Shown in pieces: positions 23,901-33,736 of a stretch of DNA of 33,736 nucleotides (position 1 is the first letter of the stretch; every line of letters begins with the position of its first letter). Origin of the DNA: Vicugna vicugna (taxonomy: Eukaryota); the NCBI GenBank assembly GCA_013265495.1, contig MU057666.1, positions 35,933 through 69,668 of the forward strand, written 5' to 3'. Position numbers and translations under genes: made by a program. The notes beneath the pieces were generated by a model. It was not told the DNA's origin and made no database searches. It worked only from the letters and a program-made list of their open reading frames with translations.

Positions 23901-24188
23901 TGGAGGAAGGGCTGTGTCAGAGGAGAGGTTTGTAACAAAATTGTAATTTTCTCCATTATGGTCATATGGTCATTTTTTCTTCCCTCTTTCCTTTGGTGTT
24001 TATCTCAATACACAATACAAATGAAAAAAAAAAAAGAAAGATGAATGAAGAACCCACAAAAGAACTTTAAGAAAGACAGTATTAATTAAAGCATAGGAGA
24101 ATGCCCCAGGCCCTCCTGTTCAGTCCTCAGGAGCCCAAATGCTTATTTGTGGTGCCTGGAGTGTCCCTGCTTTCTCTTCCCTTAGGGC

Positions 24189-24359
24189 AGTGGGTCTCCG
24201 TCCTGAGTGAGCACCAGGATCCCTTGAATGGTTTGCTGGGCTCCACCCCCAGAGTTTCTGACTGAGAGGATCTGAGGTGGGCTGAGAATTTGCCTTTCTA
24301 CCAAGCGCCGGGCAGATTCTAGTACTGCTGGTTGGAGACAGCACTCTGAGAACCTCTGC
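24189..24359. mobile_element. MER5A-like hAT-Charlie DNA transposon
   Basis: cagtgggtctc...tgctgggctccacccccagagtttctga...gggctgagaatttgcctttcta...gctgg...cactctgagaacctctg, with terminal inverted repeats. Confidence 0.8.
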
Positions 24360-24885
24360 TCTAGATAAACTTTTGTTTTAGTCCCAGCTGCTTATTTTTC
24401 ATGGTATTAGTGTAATTTGGTAAATTTACATGGTATTGTAAATTGCAAGAACATTTCAAGTCCTCCAGCAAAAGGAAAAATAGGGAGTAAATAAGCACGG
24501 AAAAATGGCACCTCTGGAGCCCAATGGATTTAAAAGAACTTTTGTCTTTAATCAGTTCTCAGAACACTTTGTCAGCCATGTCTACACCGCACACAGTTTT
24601 GGCTGCCCTGACAGGTGAGTTCTAAGAAAATACAGACTCGCACTCTCACCCCACGAAGGGGCTTTTCAAACAATTCAGACAATCCATCGATTTAGTTCAA
24701 GAACTAGTCAATTGATACAGAGAGTTGAATTTCTCCCTTCTTCTTAATTAGTTTATTTATTAAATTTAATGTATTAAAAAAATAAGTGTTGGGTCAATTC
24801 AATTAAAACAGTCCGGCTTTTGTATAGTCACCCAGACCTATGGGTGTTGGATGTAGCAGTTATGATTATAAAAAAATTTAAAGGA

Positions 24886-26060
24886 TTTTATTTTTCAGAG
24901 CAGTTTTAAGTTCACAGCAAAATTAAGTGGAGGGTACAGAGATTTCCCACATACCCCCTGCCCCACATATGCCTAACCTCCTCCATTATCACCGTCACCC
25001 ACCAGAGTGGTACGTATGTTACAGCTGATACACCCGTATCATCCAACCCATACATCATCATCTAAAGCTCGTAGTTTATATTAGGGTTCACTCTTGGTGG
25101 TGTAAATTCTGTTGGTTTGGGCAAATGTAAAATGCCATGTATCCATAGTTATAATATCCCACATTTTCACTGCCCCACAAATCCACTGTGCTCCAGCTCT
25201 TCATCCCTCTCCCCACCCAACCTCTGGCAACCAGGGATCCTTTTGCTGTGTCCATAGTTCTGCCTTTTCCAGAGCATTATGTGGCTGGAATCATATACTA
25301 TGTAACCTTTTCAGATTGGCTTCTTTCACTTTAGTAATACGCATTCAGGTTTCCTCCATGGATTCTCACGCTTCCATAACTCATTTCTTTTTAGTGCTAA
25401 ATAGTACTCCACTGTCTGGATGTTCCATAGTTTATTTATCCATTCACTGACACTAAAGGGCATCTTGGTTGCTTCCAAGTTTTGGCAATCGTGAATCAAG
25501 ATGCTATAAACATCTGTGTGCAGGGTTTTGAAAACACAAGTTTTCAGCTCCTCTGGGTAAATACCAAGGAACAGGATTGCTGGATTGTAAGATGAGAGTA
25601 TGTTTGTGAGAAACCACCAAACTGTCTTCCAAAGTGGCTGCACCATTTGCATCCCCACCAGTAGTGAACGAGAGCTCCAGGTTGCTGCATCCTCGCCAGC
25701 ATTTACTGTTGTCAGTGTTCCTGACCTTCTGATAGATGTGTAGTGGTATCTTACTGTGTTAATTTTCATTTCCTTATTGGCATATGATGTGGGGCATCTT
25801 TTGACATGTTTATTTCCATCCATAAATCTTCTTTGGTTTAGTATCTTTTAAGGTCTTTGGCCCATTTTTAACTCAGTTGTTTATTTTCTTATTGTTGAGT
25901 TCTAAGAGTTCTTTATATCTTTTCCATAGCATTCCTATACCAGATGTATCTTTTGCAAATATTTTCTCCAGTCTGTGGCTTTTCTTCTAATGCTCTTGAC
26001 ATTGTCTCTCAGAGCAAAGGTTCTTAATTTTAATCCAGACCAGCTTATTGCATTTGTGTT
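24886..26060 (-). mobile_element. Old L1 (L1M-type) 3' UTR plus degenerate ORF2 C-terminus
   Basis: tttatttttcagagcagttttaagttcacagcaaaatt...; the minus-strand ORF 25326-25823 (NKHVKRCPTS...EMKINTVRYHYT...VQPLWKTVW...YNPAILFLGIYPEELK) matches the L1 ORF2 C-terminus. Confidence 0.88.
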
Positions 26061-26082
26061 TTCACAAGGTCATTCTGAATGG

Positions 26083-26208
26083 CTGTTTTCAGATTTTATT
26101 TATTTATTTATTTATTGTTTGTTTGTTTGTTTGTTTGTTTTGTTTTCAGATTTTATTTATTTATTTATTTATTTATTGTTTGTTTGTTTGTTTTGTTTTC
26201 AGATTTTA
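26083..26208. repeat. Tandemly duplicated compound microsatellite [gttttcagat(ttta)n(ttgt)n] x2 plus a partial third copy
   Basis: The anchor gttttcagatttta occurs three times, separated by (TTTA)n(TTTG)n. Confidence 0.85.
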
Positions 26209-26384
26209 ATGAAATGAAGATCAAATAGCATTATAGAGTTCTCTTCAAATAGAGTTCTCTTATGTAAGTTTGCAAGTTAATTCCAGTATTTCCTTAGGGA
26301 ACTGCTTGTTAAAAGTTGTTTCCATTGAGAAGGAAGAGGTTCACCTGTCTGATGGCCCACACTGAGATGGTAGCCACACCACTT

Positions 26385-26540
26385 GCTAACTGAGGACTTG
26401 AGCAACTTACACGATGTTCTCTGCCTCAGCTCCCTAGGATGTAAAATAAGCACGATGGGGTCACGCTGTTCCTAAAGTCTTTATAAGGACGACTAGAAAC
26501 AATGCTGGTAAAGTGTCTGACACGCGATGAACTCACATTG
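26385..26540 (+). mobile_element. MIR fragment
   Basis: gacttgagcaacttac...ctctgcctcagctccc...tgtaaaataag...ggtaaagtgtctgacac. Confidence 0.55.
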
Positions 26541-28164
26541 GGTTCTCTCTGTTCTCAGGAGGAGTTCAGATGGAAGTGGCTGCAAAAAAGAAGCCTAATC
26601 TGAGAAATTGGGAACTCTTGCCAATGCTCTGTGTTGAATTTTCTAGGAAAAATCATACGGGTGTCTTACAGAGTAAGCGGCTGTATGCCTTCAAAATTCT
26701 AGAATCTTCTTCTCATCTTTTAAAATGTTATGAGTTGGTAACACAAACAGGCCAGAAATGGACATGTCGCAAATAGCCACTCTTTGTTCTGGAACTGAGT
26801 TTGGCAGGAGCCAGAGTTAAAGTTCAACAGTTTGCAGACACTCAGGGCAGCTAATTAGCCATCCTTGCTGGGGCTGGCCTAGCTGATGTTAGGAGTCTGC
26901 TCACCTGGTTTATATTTCTTCCTCTAAGATTAATGACTCACCCATACTGCCAATTTCTGGAGTTAATGCAGGGCACACATGAGTCCAGAGAGAATTCAGT
27001 TTTTATAAAGAGTTATATTCACCCACACTAAGTTTTCATTTTCTCAATGTGACCAGATTTGAACTGAACCTTTTCCTATAGTGGGATATGGAGTTTGTGT
27101 GCATAGCAAGGCTATCTGTGTTATTCCTGTGGATTGCTGTCAAATAACTGTGCCAAAAATGGTAAAGAAAACAAGAACAGCATTTTATTCTTTCTTCCTG
27201 ATTGGAAGTTTGTGTTTTCTTTTGATTTCAATAGAAAAAAATCCACTAAAATACAACTGTAGGTAAAGATAATTCCACCAGTTAATTTGAAGCCCTGTGC
27301 AGGAACCTGAATTATTCTTACACCAGCAAGCCAGTCAGTAATTTCTTTGTATCTTTTCTATTACATAACGTATTAGCTAAGCGACGAGACTCCTTTTAGA
27401 AATCTCCCTCTCACCACCCTCTCCTCCATATAAAAAACATATTACCCACTGGTAGCGTTGGGAATTAAACCACTGGTTTGCCAACTTACATGGTGGGAAA
27501 ATCTCCTTGGTGGCCAGAAGTATAATTCAGGAGAAGAAAGGGAGGTGGAGAGAGAGGGAGTAATGGAGTTAAGATCGATTAAAGGTAAAGTAACTACTGT
27601 TTTCTTTTTCTTTGTCTTTATTTGTTTAAACATATAGATATGGGTTAGAGTTTACCACCGAGGTTCTCAATCCTCGATTTCAATGTTTGTTTATATATGT
27701 ATTTTTTGAAAAGGCTGGATAGGTATTTCTCGATCAGTTTTATTTTGAAAGTTCGGGCTCCGGTATGCTGGTTTATACCCCAGGATATTTGGGATCCCTC
27801 TCCCCATCTCTAGTGTATTTTTGAATAATATTGAGATTTCTCAGCCACAAGGAATTGACAACTAGACTTCTCAGAGACACAAAAATAGAAGAGTGTGGCT
27901 AAAACAACACAAAGGGAAATGAAGTTGAGAACACTAAAATAATGCTATTGTACTTTTAAACCCCAAATCATGGAATCATGGAATCATGGAACTCTAGACT
28001 TCACATTTCAATGTCCCTATTTTACAGATGCAGAAGCTGAGCCCTAGAGAGGTTAATGGAGAAAGTCAAATGGATGACCTTGCATTTTCCATGTTTACTT
28101 CATTGGATGTGGACATGTGGGCTGACTGTCTGTTTACACTGGGCCTCCGCCCCAGCAGGGCCAC

Positions 28165-28340
28165 TTGGTTTGAATCCCAGCTCTGTTTTATCTCAGTTAT
28201 CTCCGCTGGGGCAAGCTCTCTAGGCCTTGGAACCTCAGTGTCTTTATCCTCACAATAACCTCAAGAGTCCTGGGGGAGCTGACCCGGGTCAGTCCACCTG
28301 AAATATTTAACAAGGAGCAGACACATGATAAATGTGAGCC
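28165..28340 (+). mobile_element. MIR fragment
   Basis: ggtttgaatcccagctctg...ggggcaagctctctaggccttggaacctcagtgtctttatc. Confidence 0.55.
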
Positions 28341-28454
28341 CTGTCCTCTGACACCCATCCTCCATGTGTCAAACAGTTTCACTGTGCAGATGGATTATTG
28401 TCTTCCAAGTTGCAACTTCTTCAACCGCAAATAAATTTAATGATGGAGACAACT

Positions 28455-28600
28455 ACCCTTGTTTGTGGGTTCACTGTGGGCTGGGCTTCTGCCAAGCACT
28501 AGTTTCTATAATCTCATTTAATTCTTACAAAAGAACCCTATGAAGGGCACATATCTGTAGGCAGCAACACAGGATTTGAGCCCATGATCCAGGCCTCCCC
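28455..28600 (-). mobile_element. MIR fragment
   Basis: tgggttcactgtgggctgggc...aagcact...atctcatttaattcttacaaaagaaccctatgaag...ggatttgagccc. Confidence 0.55.
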
Positions 28601-29289
28601 TTAAATCCTGACTCCCCTATATTCTATATACAAATAATAATACATACATGATTTATGTATTGTGACATTATTATTGTTACTAATATTGTAACTGCTTTTG
28701 TGGAATTTATTGCCTTCCCAGACTTGGTATGTAGCCTTTCTATTTTAATACCTACCTGAAAATGTCTGATTTGGTTGGTTGCTCTTTTTTCGAGTTTTGA
28801 AAATTGATTTATGTGAGTTGTCTGTGGTGGGGGGACTTTGCCCATTGGGGCAAACCACAAGTCAGAGATAAAAAAGATCTGGGAGGGAAAACTCTGAGGA
28901 GGCTTTGTGTAGACATCCACAAAGTATGTGTCCATAACGTCTCTAAAAAGTAGAAGGGCATTGTGGACCATTGATTTCATGTTTCTAAACCTGACCCCTT
29001 GGAAAGTTTTGTGCGAAATAATTTCATTTTCCGGTGATAGCAGCAAATAAGAACACCCACATGTTCCTGAGCTCTAGTCTAGGCTAGCTTTATTCTACAG
29101 ATGAGGAAACTGAGGCCACAAGAGGTACGGAGGCCTGTCTGAGAGGTGCCTTGTTTCCAGTCTTTTAGGTCACAATCTCATTTAGAGGCAAGATTCCTGT
29201 GCAAGTGACATAAAAGAAACCACTCTGTGAACCACATCCACAGACAGTGGAGACATCTCTCTGTATATAGATCAGGTTGCTTGAGGTGC

Positions 29290-29828
29290 TGTGGTAGATT
29301 GCCCTCAAAGGTGGCTGTCTGCAAGTCTTCCCAGCCCAGTACACACAAGCCAACCCTCCCACATAGTGGTGGGGTCTATTTCCCCTCCCCTTGAAGCTGG
29401 GCTGCCCTGGGGACCAGTAGGGTATGGCATAGTGATGCTGTACCAGTTCAGGGCCTAGCCCTTAAGTGCTGGCAACTTCTGCTTTCATCCTCTTGGAAGC
29501 CAGCTGCCGTGTTGTAAGGAAGCTCCAGCTAGACTGCTGAATGACAAAAGCCTGCAAGACAGAGACAACAGCTTCCCAGGAAGAGGAGGAAATAAGGCAC
29601 CTCAGTTTACTGCCAGTACCAAGAGCCCAAATGTGTGAGTGAGGTCATTTTGGAAGCTCCAGCCCCAGCTGAACACTTCATTGAATGTGGCCCCATAAAT
29701 GACCCCAAGCCATGCCAAGTGGAGCAGAACTGCCCAGCTGGTCCAGATACCACACCGAGGCGTGAGAAGTCCTCACTCACTGTAGTGCCTTGAGGTAGTT
29801 CGTCTCACTGGGCAATCACCACTGCTAG
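29290..29828 (+). mobile_element. MaLR LTR (MLT1F/G/H-like)
   Basis: tgtggtagattg...gtggggtctatttcccctccccttgaagctgggctg...cttctgctttcatcctcttggaagccagctgcc...gtgagtgaggtcattttggaa...gtggagcagaactgcccagctg. Confidence 0.75.
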
Positions 29829-30303
29829 TGAACCCTCATCTGCAGTTTGGTGCCACACTGTCTTGGAGCCAAAGTCCAGACCTGGCTCCCCTGTTCTCCT
29901 GGGATCACAGTAGGACCCAGGCCCAGCACCGCCATTAAGAAGCACTGCCACTGGGGTGGTTTCTCTGGGTAACTGGTGGGGATATTTGACAGTGAACCCC
30001 TGGTAGTCCACTTAACGTCAGCCATGATCAAAGGACTGAGAACCCAACTGCCCTTCAGTGGAGCTGAGTTCTGTTTATGTGCAGTTGGGTTCTGTTTCCT
30101 CTGGTTAAAGGAGCTTCCCTCCCTCAGTGGACCCAGGCCTGGCTGACGGGTGTTTAGACAAGGGCTCCCGTCCCAGACTGGCATCTGGCACACATCACCC
30201 AGGGAGAAAGAACAAGGCTTGAGGTTACAGCAGCCAAAAATCAAGATGAGATTATTTCCCAAAAGGAGCACGTTCAGGGCTAGTGAGTGGCTAAACTCTT
30301 CTA

Positions 30304-30500
30304 CAGCAGGGTTTCTCAGCCTGCACACTTTGACATGGGGAGCCAGACAATTCTCTGTTTTGGCGGACTGCCCTGTGCATTGTGGGAGGTTTAGCAGCAT
30401 CCATGGTCTCTGTCCACCAGATGCCAGGAGTCCCCTGTTGCAGTTGTGTCAGCTGAGAATCGCCCAGCCTGCCTGGGTGGTGCACTCAGGGCTGGTTAGA
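30304..30500. mobile_element. MER20-like hAT-Charlie DNA transposon
   Basis: cagggtttctcagcct...ccagacaattctctgttttgg..gactgccctgtgcattgtgggaggtttagcagcatcc.tggtctctgtccaccagatgccagg. Confidence 0.8.
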
Positions 30501-30585
30501 TCAGCTACCTGAAAGAAATGCTGCTTCTGCTCTCCAGCATCCTTTGCAGCCACACTCCTCCTTGCTGGGAGTTAAGCCCTCATTC

Positions 30586-31245
30586 TGACACAGAAGGAAG
30601 GGGGCCAGGCACAGCCATTCAAGGAATGACACAGAAATTAATATCAAAATGGTGGAAGATTCAACTCCCAGTAGGCCTTGAGGCTCAAGATGGTGGGAGA
30701 TTTGACTTCCAGTAGACCTTAAGCTTCATTATACGCTCATAGTAATATATTAGCATGGTGAATAACATGCCCACAGGCACCAAGGCAGTCCCAAGGCTAG
30801 CCACAAAAGGTCAAAGAGTGAGCAATGGCCAACTTCCTGGGAATCTCAGCCCCTTCCGCAGGGTAGTTGGAATGGTTCTCCCACTTATTAGCATATGAAA
30901 CTATTAAGCCCATAAAAACTGGCAACACGGCATCTCGTGGTCATCTCTCTCGCTCCGTCCTCTTCAGAGACGGCCTGCACTCTATGGAGTGTGTACCTAC
31001 TTTTACTTTAACCTGAGCACCCAACCCCCACACCTCATGGCCTTTCTCTTGCCTTCTGAAACAGCCTATACTCCATGCAGTATGTATCTCTCTAAATAAA
31101 TCTACCTTTACTCAACAGTGGTTCACTCTTGAATTCTTTTCCTGCTCAAAGCCAAGGACCCAGACTTGACAGAGCATGTCCCAGGGGCTCCATCAAGACC
31201 TGGGACATGGCCCTCCTCATGCCCATATCCATTTTTCCTGCATCA
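30586..31245 (+). mobile_element. ERV1-type solo LTR (copy B, same family as 18342-18959)
   Basis: TG...CA ends; shares cccacaggcacca.ggcagtcccaaggcta.ccacaaaaggtcaaag and aataaatctacctttactcaac with copy A; AATAAA at 31095-31100. Confidence 0.85.
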
Positions 31246-31829
31246 CTCCAGAGAGATGATGTGAGTCCTAGGCTTCACACAGGAAGCTCTCGCATTTCCA
31301 TACTGCAACCTTCCACCTGCAATGAGTCCACAAGGTATTTCTTTGAAATAGGACTTGGATGTAATATTTTAAAATTGATTGAATACATTTGAGCAAATTA
31401 CATTTAAATCAGGGTACCGGCAGGAGAAGCAGAGAAAATGTGTGTGAACACGATTAGGGGGTGCTATGTTCTAGGAATCTTTCTTGGAAATCCAAGCATT
31501 AGTGATAGCATACTCTTTGATATCCTCTGACAAGAAAACTAACAATATAAGTAATAAAGAAGAGGAATAGTTATTGGAAATAGCTTCTGTGTAGTATGCT
31601 GTCGATAGTACCTGGCATGATATGGGAACCAATGCACACATCAGATGTCATTTCTCTTCCTTTAACAAAAGCCAGAGACTGATTCTTTAGCTGATGCATC
31701 AGGTTGAATGTGAAATCAATCCATTTCACCAAGATAATACAAGGGCTGTGAAAGAAGAAATGGAAGAGAAAGGGGTCTTCATTTTATTTTATCCTGTGTT
31801 TTCATCTGCAGAACAGGCATAATGATACT

Positions 31830-32360
31830 CCTGGAGTCAGTGTTGTGTCCTGGTCATACAATGTTTCCTCATTACAAAATGTACCAGACTTTTTTCATCC
31901 TCATCCTCTTGACATGCGGGCAGCAAGTGACACAGTTACACACACTTGAGTTCTCAGCTTCTCCTTTCCAGTGTCTGGAAAATTCTTTGGTTTTCTCTTA
32001 TTCCCCTTCTCTTCCAGTATCCTTTGTGGGGGCCATTTCTTCTTTTTCACCCTTTTCCTTTTGAAACTTCCTTCCTGGTCCTTTTCTCTGTTTTGTCATT
32101 TGCCTGCCAGTGGGTCTCACACTTCAGTGAACATGAGTCATCTTCTGGGGAACTAGTTACAACGTGGATTCCCTGGCTCACTCCCAGAGACTCTGAACCA
32201 GTTGGTGTGGGGTGGGCTCTGCAGTGTGCATGTTCAGGATCTTAGGACCCCTGGGTCCATCACTCAAAGCCAGATCTCTGTTTTGAACTATATAATGATT
32301 TTCCTACCACATTTTAGACAAACCCACAGATACCTGAAACTCAGCATTTCCGAGATAGAT
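31830..32360 (+). mobile_element. L2 fragments, possibly interrupted by a MER5-like piece (about 32108-32250)
   Basis: ctcatcctcttgac..cagcaagtgacacagtt; cacagatacctgaaactcagcatttccga; internal cagtgggtctcacactt...cccagagactctgaaccagttggtgtggggtggg. Confidence 0.5.
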
Positions 32361-32362
32361 CT

Positions 32363-32774
32363 TGTGGCAGACTGCACCACCAGCCTCAGTTCCTACACCC
32401 CCCATTCCAGTCCTTTGACATGTGACTTCACAGTCCTTCCCACCAAAGGGTGGAGACTGTATCCCTGCCTCTGATGTGGGTTCAGCCAAGTGACTTGCTC
32501 AGGCGAACAGAAGCCAGGGAAGACAGCAAGCTAGTCCCAGGCTTGGTTCTAAGAGGACTTACATGTTCCTGCTTTTCCTCTCAAGCTTCTACCAGTAATA
32601 TGAAGAAAGCACTGCCAGACTAGCCCATTGGCCCTGGGAGAGTCCCAGAGAGGCTGAGAGACAAGAAGGGCACAGTCAGCCCAGCCCTCTGCAGTCATGA
32701 GTGAGAAATGTGTGCTATTTGTTGGATGTCACTGAGGTTTTAGGTTGTTGGTTGGTAAGAGCTATCTAATGCCA
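32363..32774 (+). mobile_element. MaLR LTR (MLT1I/J-like)
   Basis: tgtggcagactg...tttgacatgtgacttcacagtccttcccacc...agccaagtgacttgct...gtgagaaatgtgtgctatttgttg...cactgaggttttagg. Confidence 0.7.
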
Positions 32775-33014
32775 TCTCAAAAGCCCCTTCCCATCTGACC
32801 CCTGGCCAACTTCCTGATGTGGTTTCTCAGTGTTCCCCACCACACAGCCTCCCAGTGCTCGCTCCTCTGTGCTTCCCCTCTCATCTGCCTGGAGAAACTC
32901 CACACACCACTGACACTCTTCCAGCCAACAAAACAGATTTTCTTCCTTCTCAGTGTCCCTAATGACTCATCGATTATTTCTTTTTTAAGCACTCATTTCG
33001 TTGCTCATCATTTG

Positions 33015-33137
33015 TTTTTTTTTTTTTCTTTTTTGTGGGGGAGATAATTGGTTTATTTATTTACTTATTTTAATGGAGGTACTGGGGATTGAACCTAGGT
33101 ACAGCATGTACTTTAACATTGAGCTCTACCCTCCCCT
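33015..33137 (-). mobile_element. tRNA-derived SINE (Vic-1-like, camelid)
   Basis: The minus strand reads ggggagggtagagctcaatgttaaagtacatgct...ctaggttcaatccccagtacctccattaaaataagtaaataaataaacc...poly(A), with A- and B-box-like motifs. Approximately 16-bp TSD cgttgctcatcatttg (32999-33014) / cattgctcattatttg (33140-33155). Confidence 0.85.
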
Positions 33138-33422
33138 GACATTGCTCATTATTTGATCTCATTTCCTTCCATGGAAGGCAGGGACCTTATCTTAGTCATC
33201 CTTTTAGCCTTAGTCCTGATGCCCAATATTAGCACTAAATTGATATTTGATAATTGAATACTTTTTCTTTTCATGAATTGAATATGTTTTCTTTTCATGT
33301 AGAAGATTGTAGACCAGGAAACAAGAAAGAGAATGGCATTTTTAGATCTAAACAGGAAATATGAGAAAGAATAACTGCCTCATGCCTGCAATCATATTTT
33401 TTTAACTAACTGTGTTTTTGGC

Positions 33423-33736
33423 TTTTTTTTTAACATTTTTTATTGATTTATAATCATTTTACAATGTTGTGTCAAATTCCAGGGTTCAGCACAATTTTTC
33501 AGTCATTCATGGACATATACACACTCATTGTCACATTTTTTTCTCTGTGATTTATCATAACATTTTGTGTATATTTCCCTGTGCTATACAGTGTAATCTT
33601 GTTTATCTATTCTACAATTTTGAAATCCCAGTCTATCTCTTCCCACCCTCTACCCCCCTGGTAACCACAAGTCTGTATTCTCTGTCCATGAGTCTATTTC
33701 TGTCCTGTATTTATGCTTTGTTTTTGTTTGTTTGTT
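33423..33736 (-). mobile_element. L1 3' end (camelid type), runs off the window
   Basis: Poly(T) followed by aacattttttattgatttataatcattttacaatgttgtgtcaaattcc...atttccctgtgctatacagtg...ctggtaaccacaagtctgtattctctgtc. Confidence 0.88.

Noticed and set aside
25326..25823. 165-aa ORF as a host gene
   Set aside because: It is a degenerate L1 ORF2 C-terminal remnant.
27966..27991. (AATCATGG)x3 short repeat as a regulatory array
   Set aside because: Short simple repeat next to an old MIR/LINE-like remnant; no support for function.
18342..31245. Full-length provirus bounded by the two homologous LTRs
   Set aside because: No PBS, gag, pol or env seen. The interior holds host exon sequence and older repeats, copy A has its own approximate TSD, and the LTRs differ by many substitutions and an indel.
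33070..33137. tRNA gene
   Set aside because: The A/B-box-like sequence is the head of a SINE with an A-rich tail and TSD.

Overview
Mammalian genomic DNA, most likely camelid (a Vic-1-like tRNA-derived SINE and camelid-type L1 3' ends). Most of the window is intron-like and repeat-rich: MIR, L2, L1, MaLR/MLT1, MER5A/MER20 and three ERV-type solo LTRs. Two minus-strand exons match serine palmitoyltransferase subunit SPTLC3: 22974-23193 (220 bp, with the PLP-binding GTFTKSFG motif) and 13457-13583 (127 bp). This copy looks damaged: the second exon's acceptor reads GG instead of AG, several conserved residues are substituted, and the expected upstream exon is not seen in the 10.5 kb upstream. 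The standout feature is an intronless cTAGE5/MIA2-like retrocopy (about 23196-23860, minus strand). It has its own 5' UTR, a Kozak ATG and a CCAAT box, and it abuts the 220-bp SPTLC3 exon directly, in place of that exon's polypyrimidine tract. This suggests a chimeric cTAGE-SPTLC3 locus, now carrying one nonsense change and one 1-bp frameshift in the cTAGE part. Homologies and repeat names come from recognition, not database searches, and repeat boundaries are approximate.
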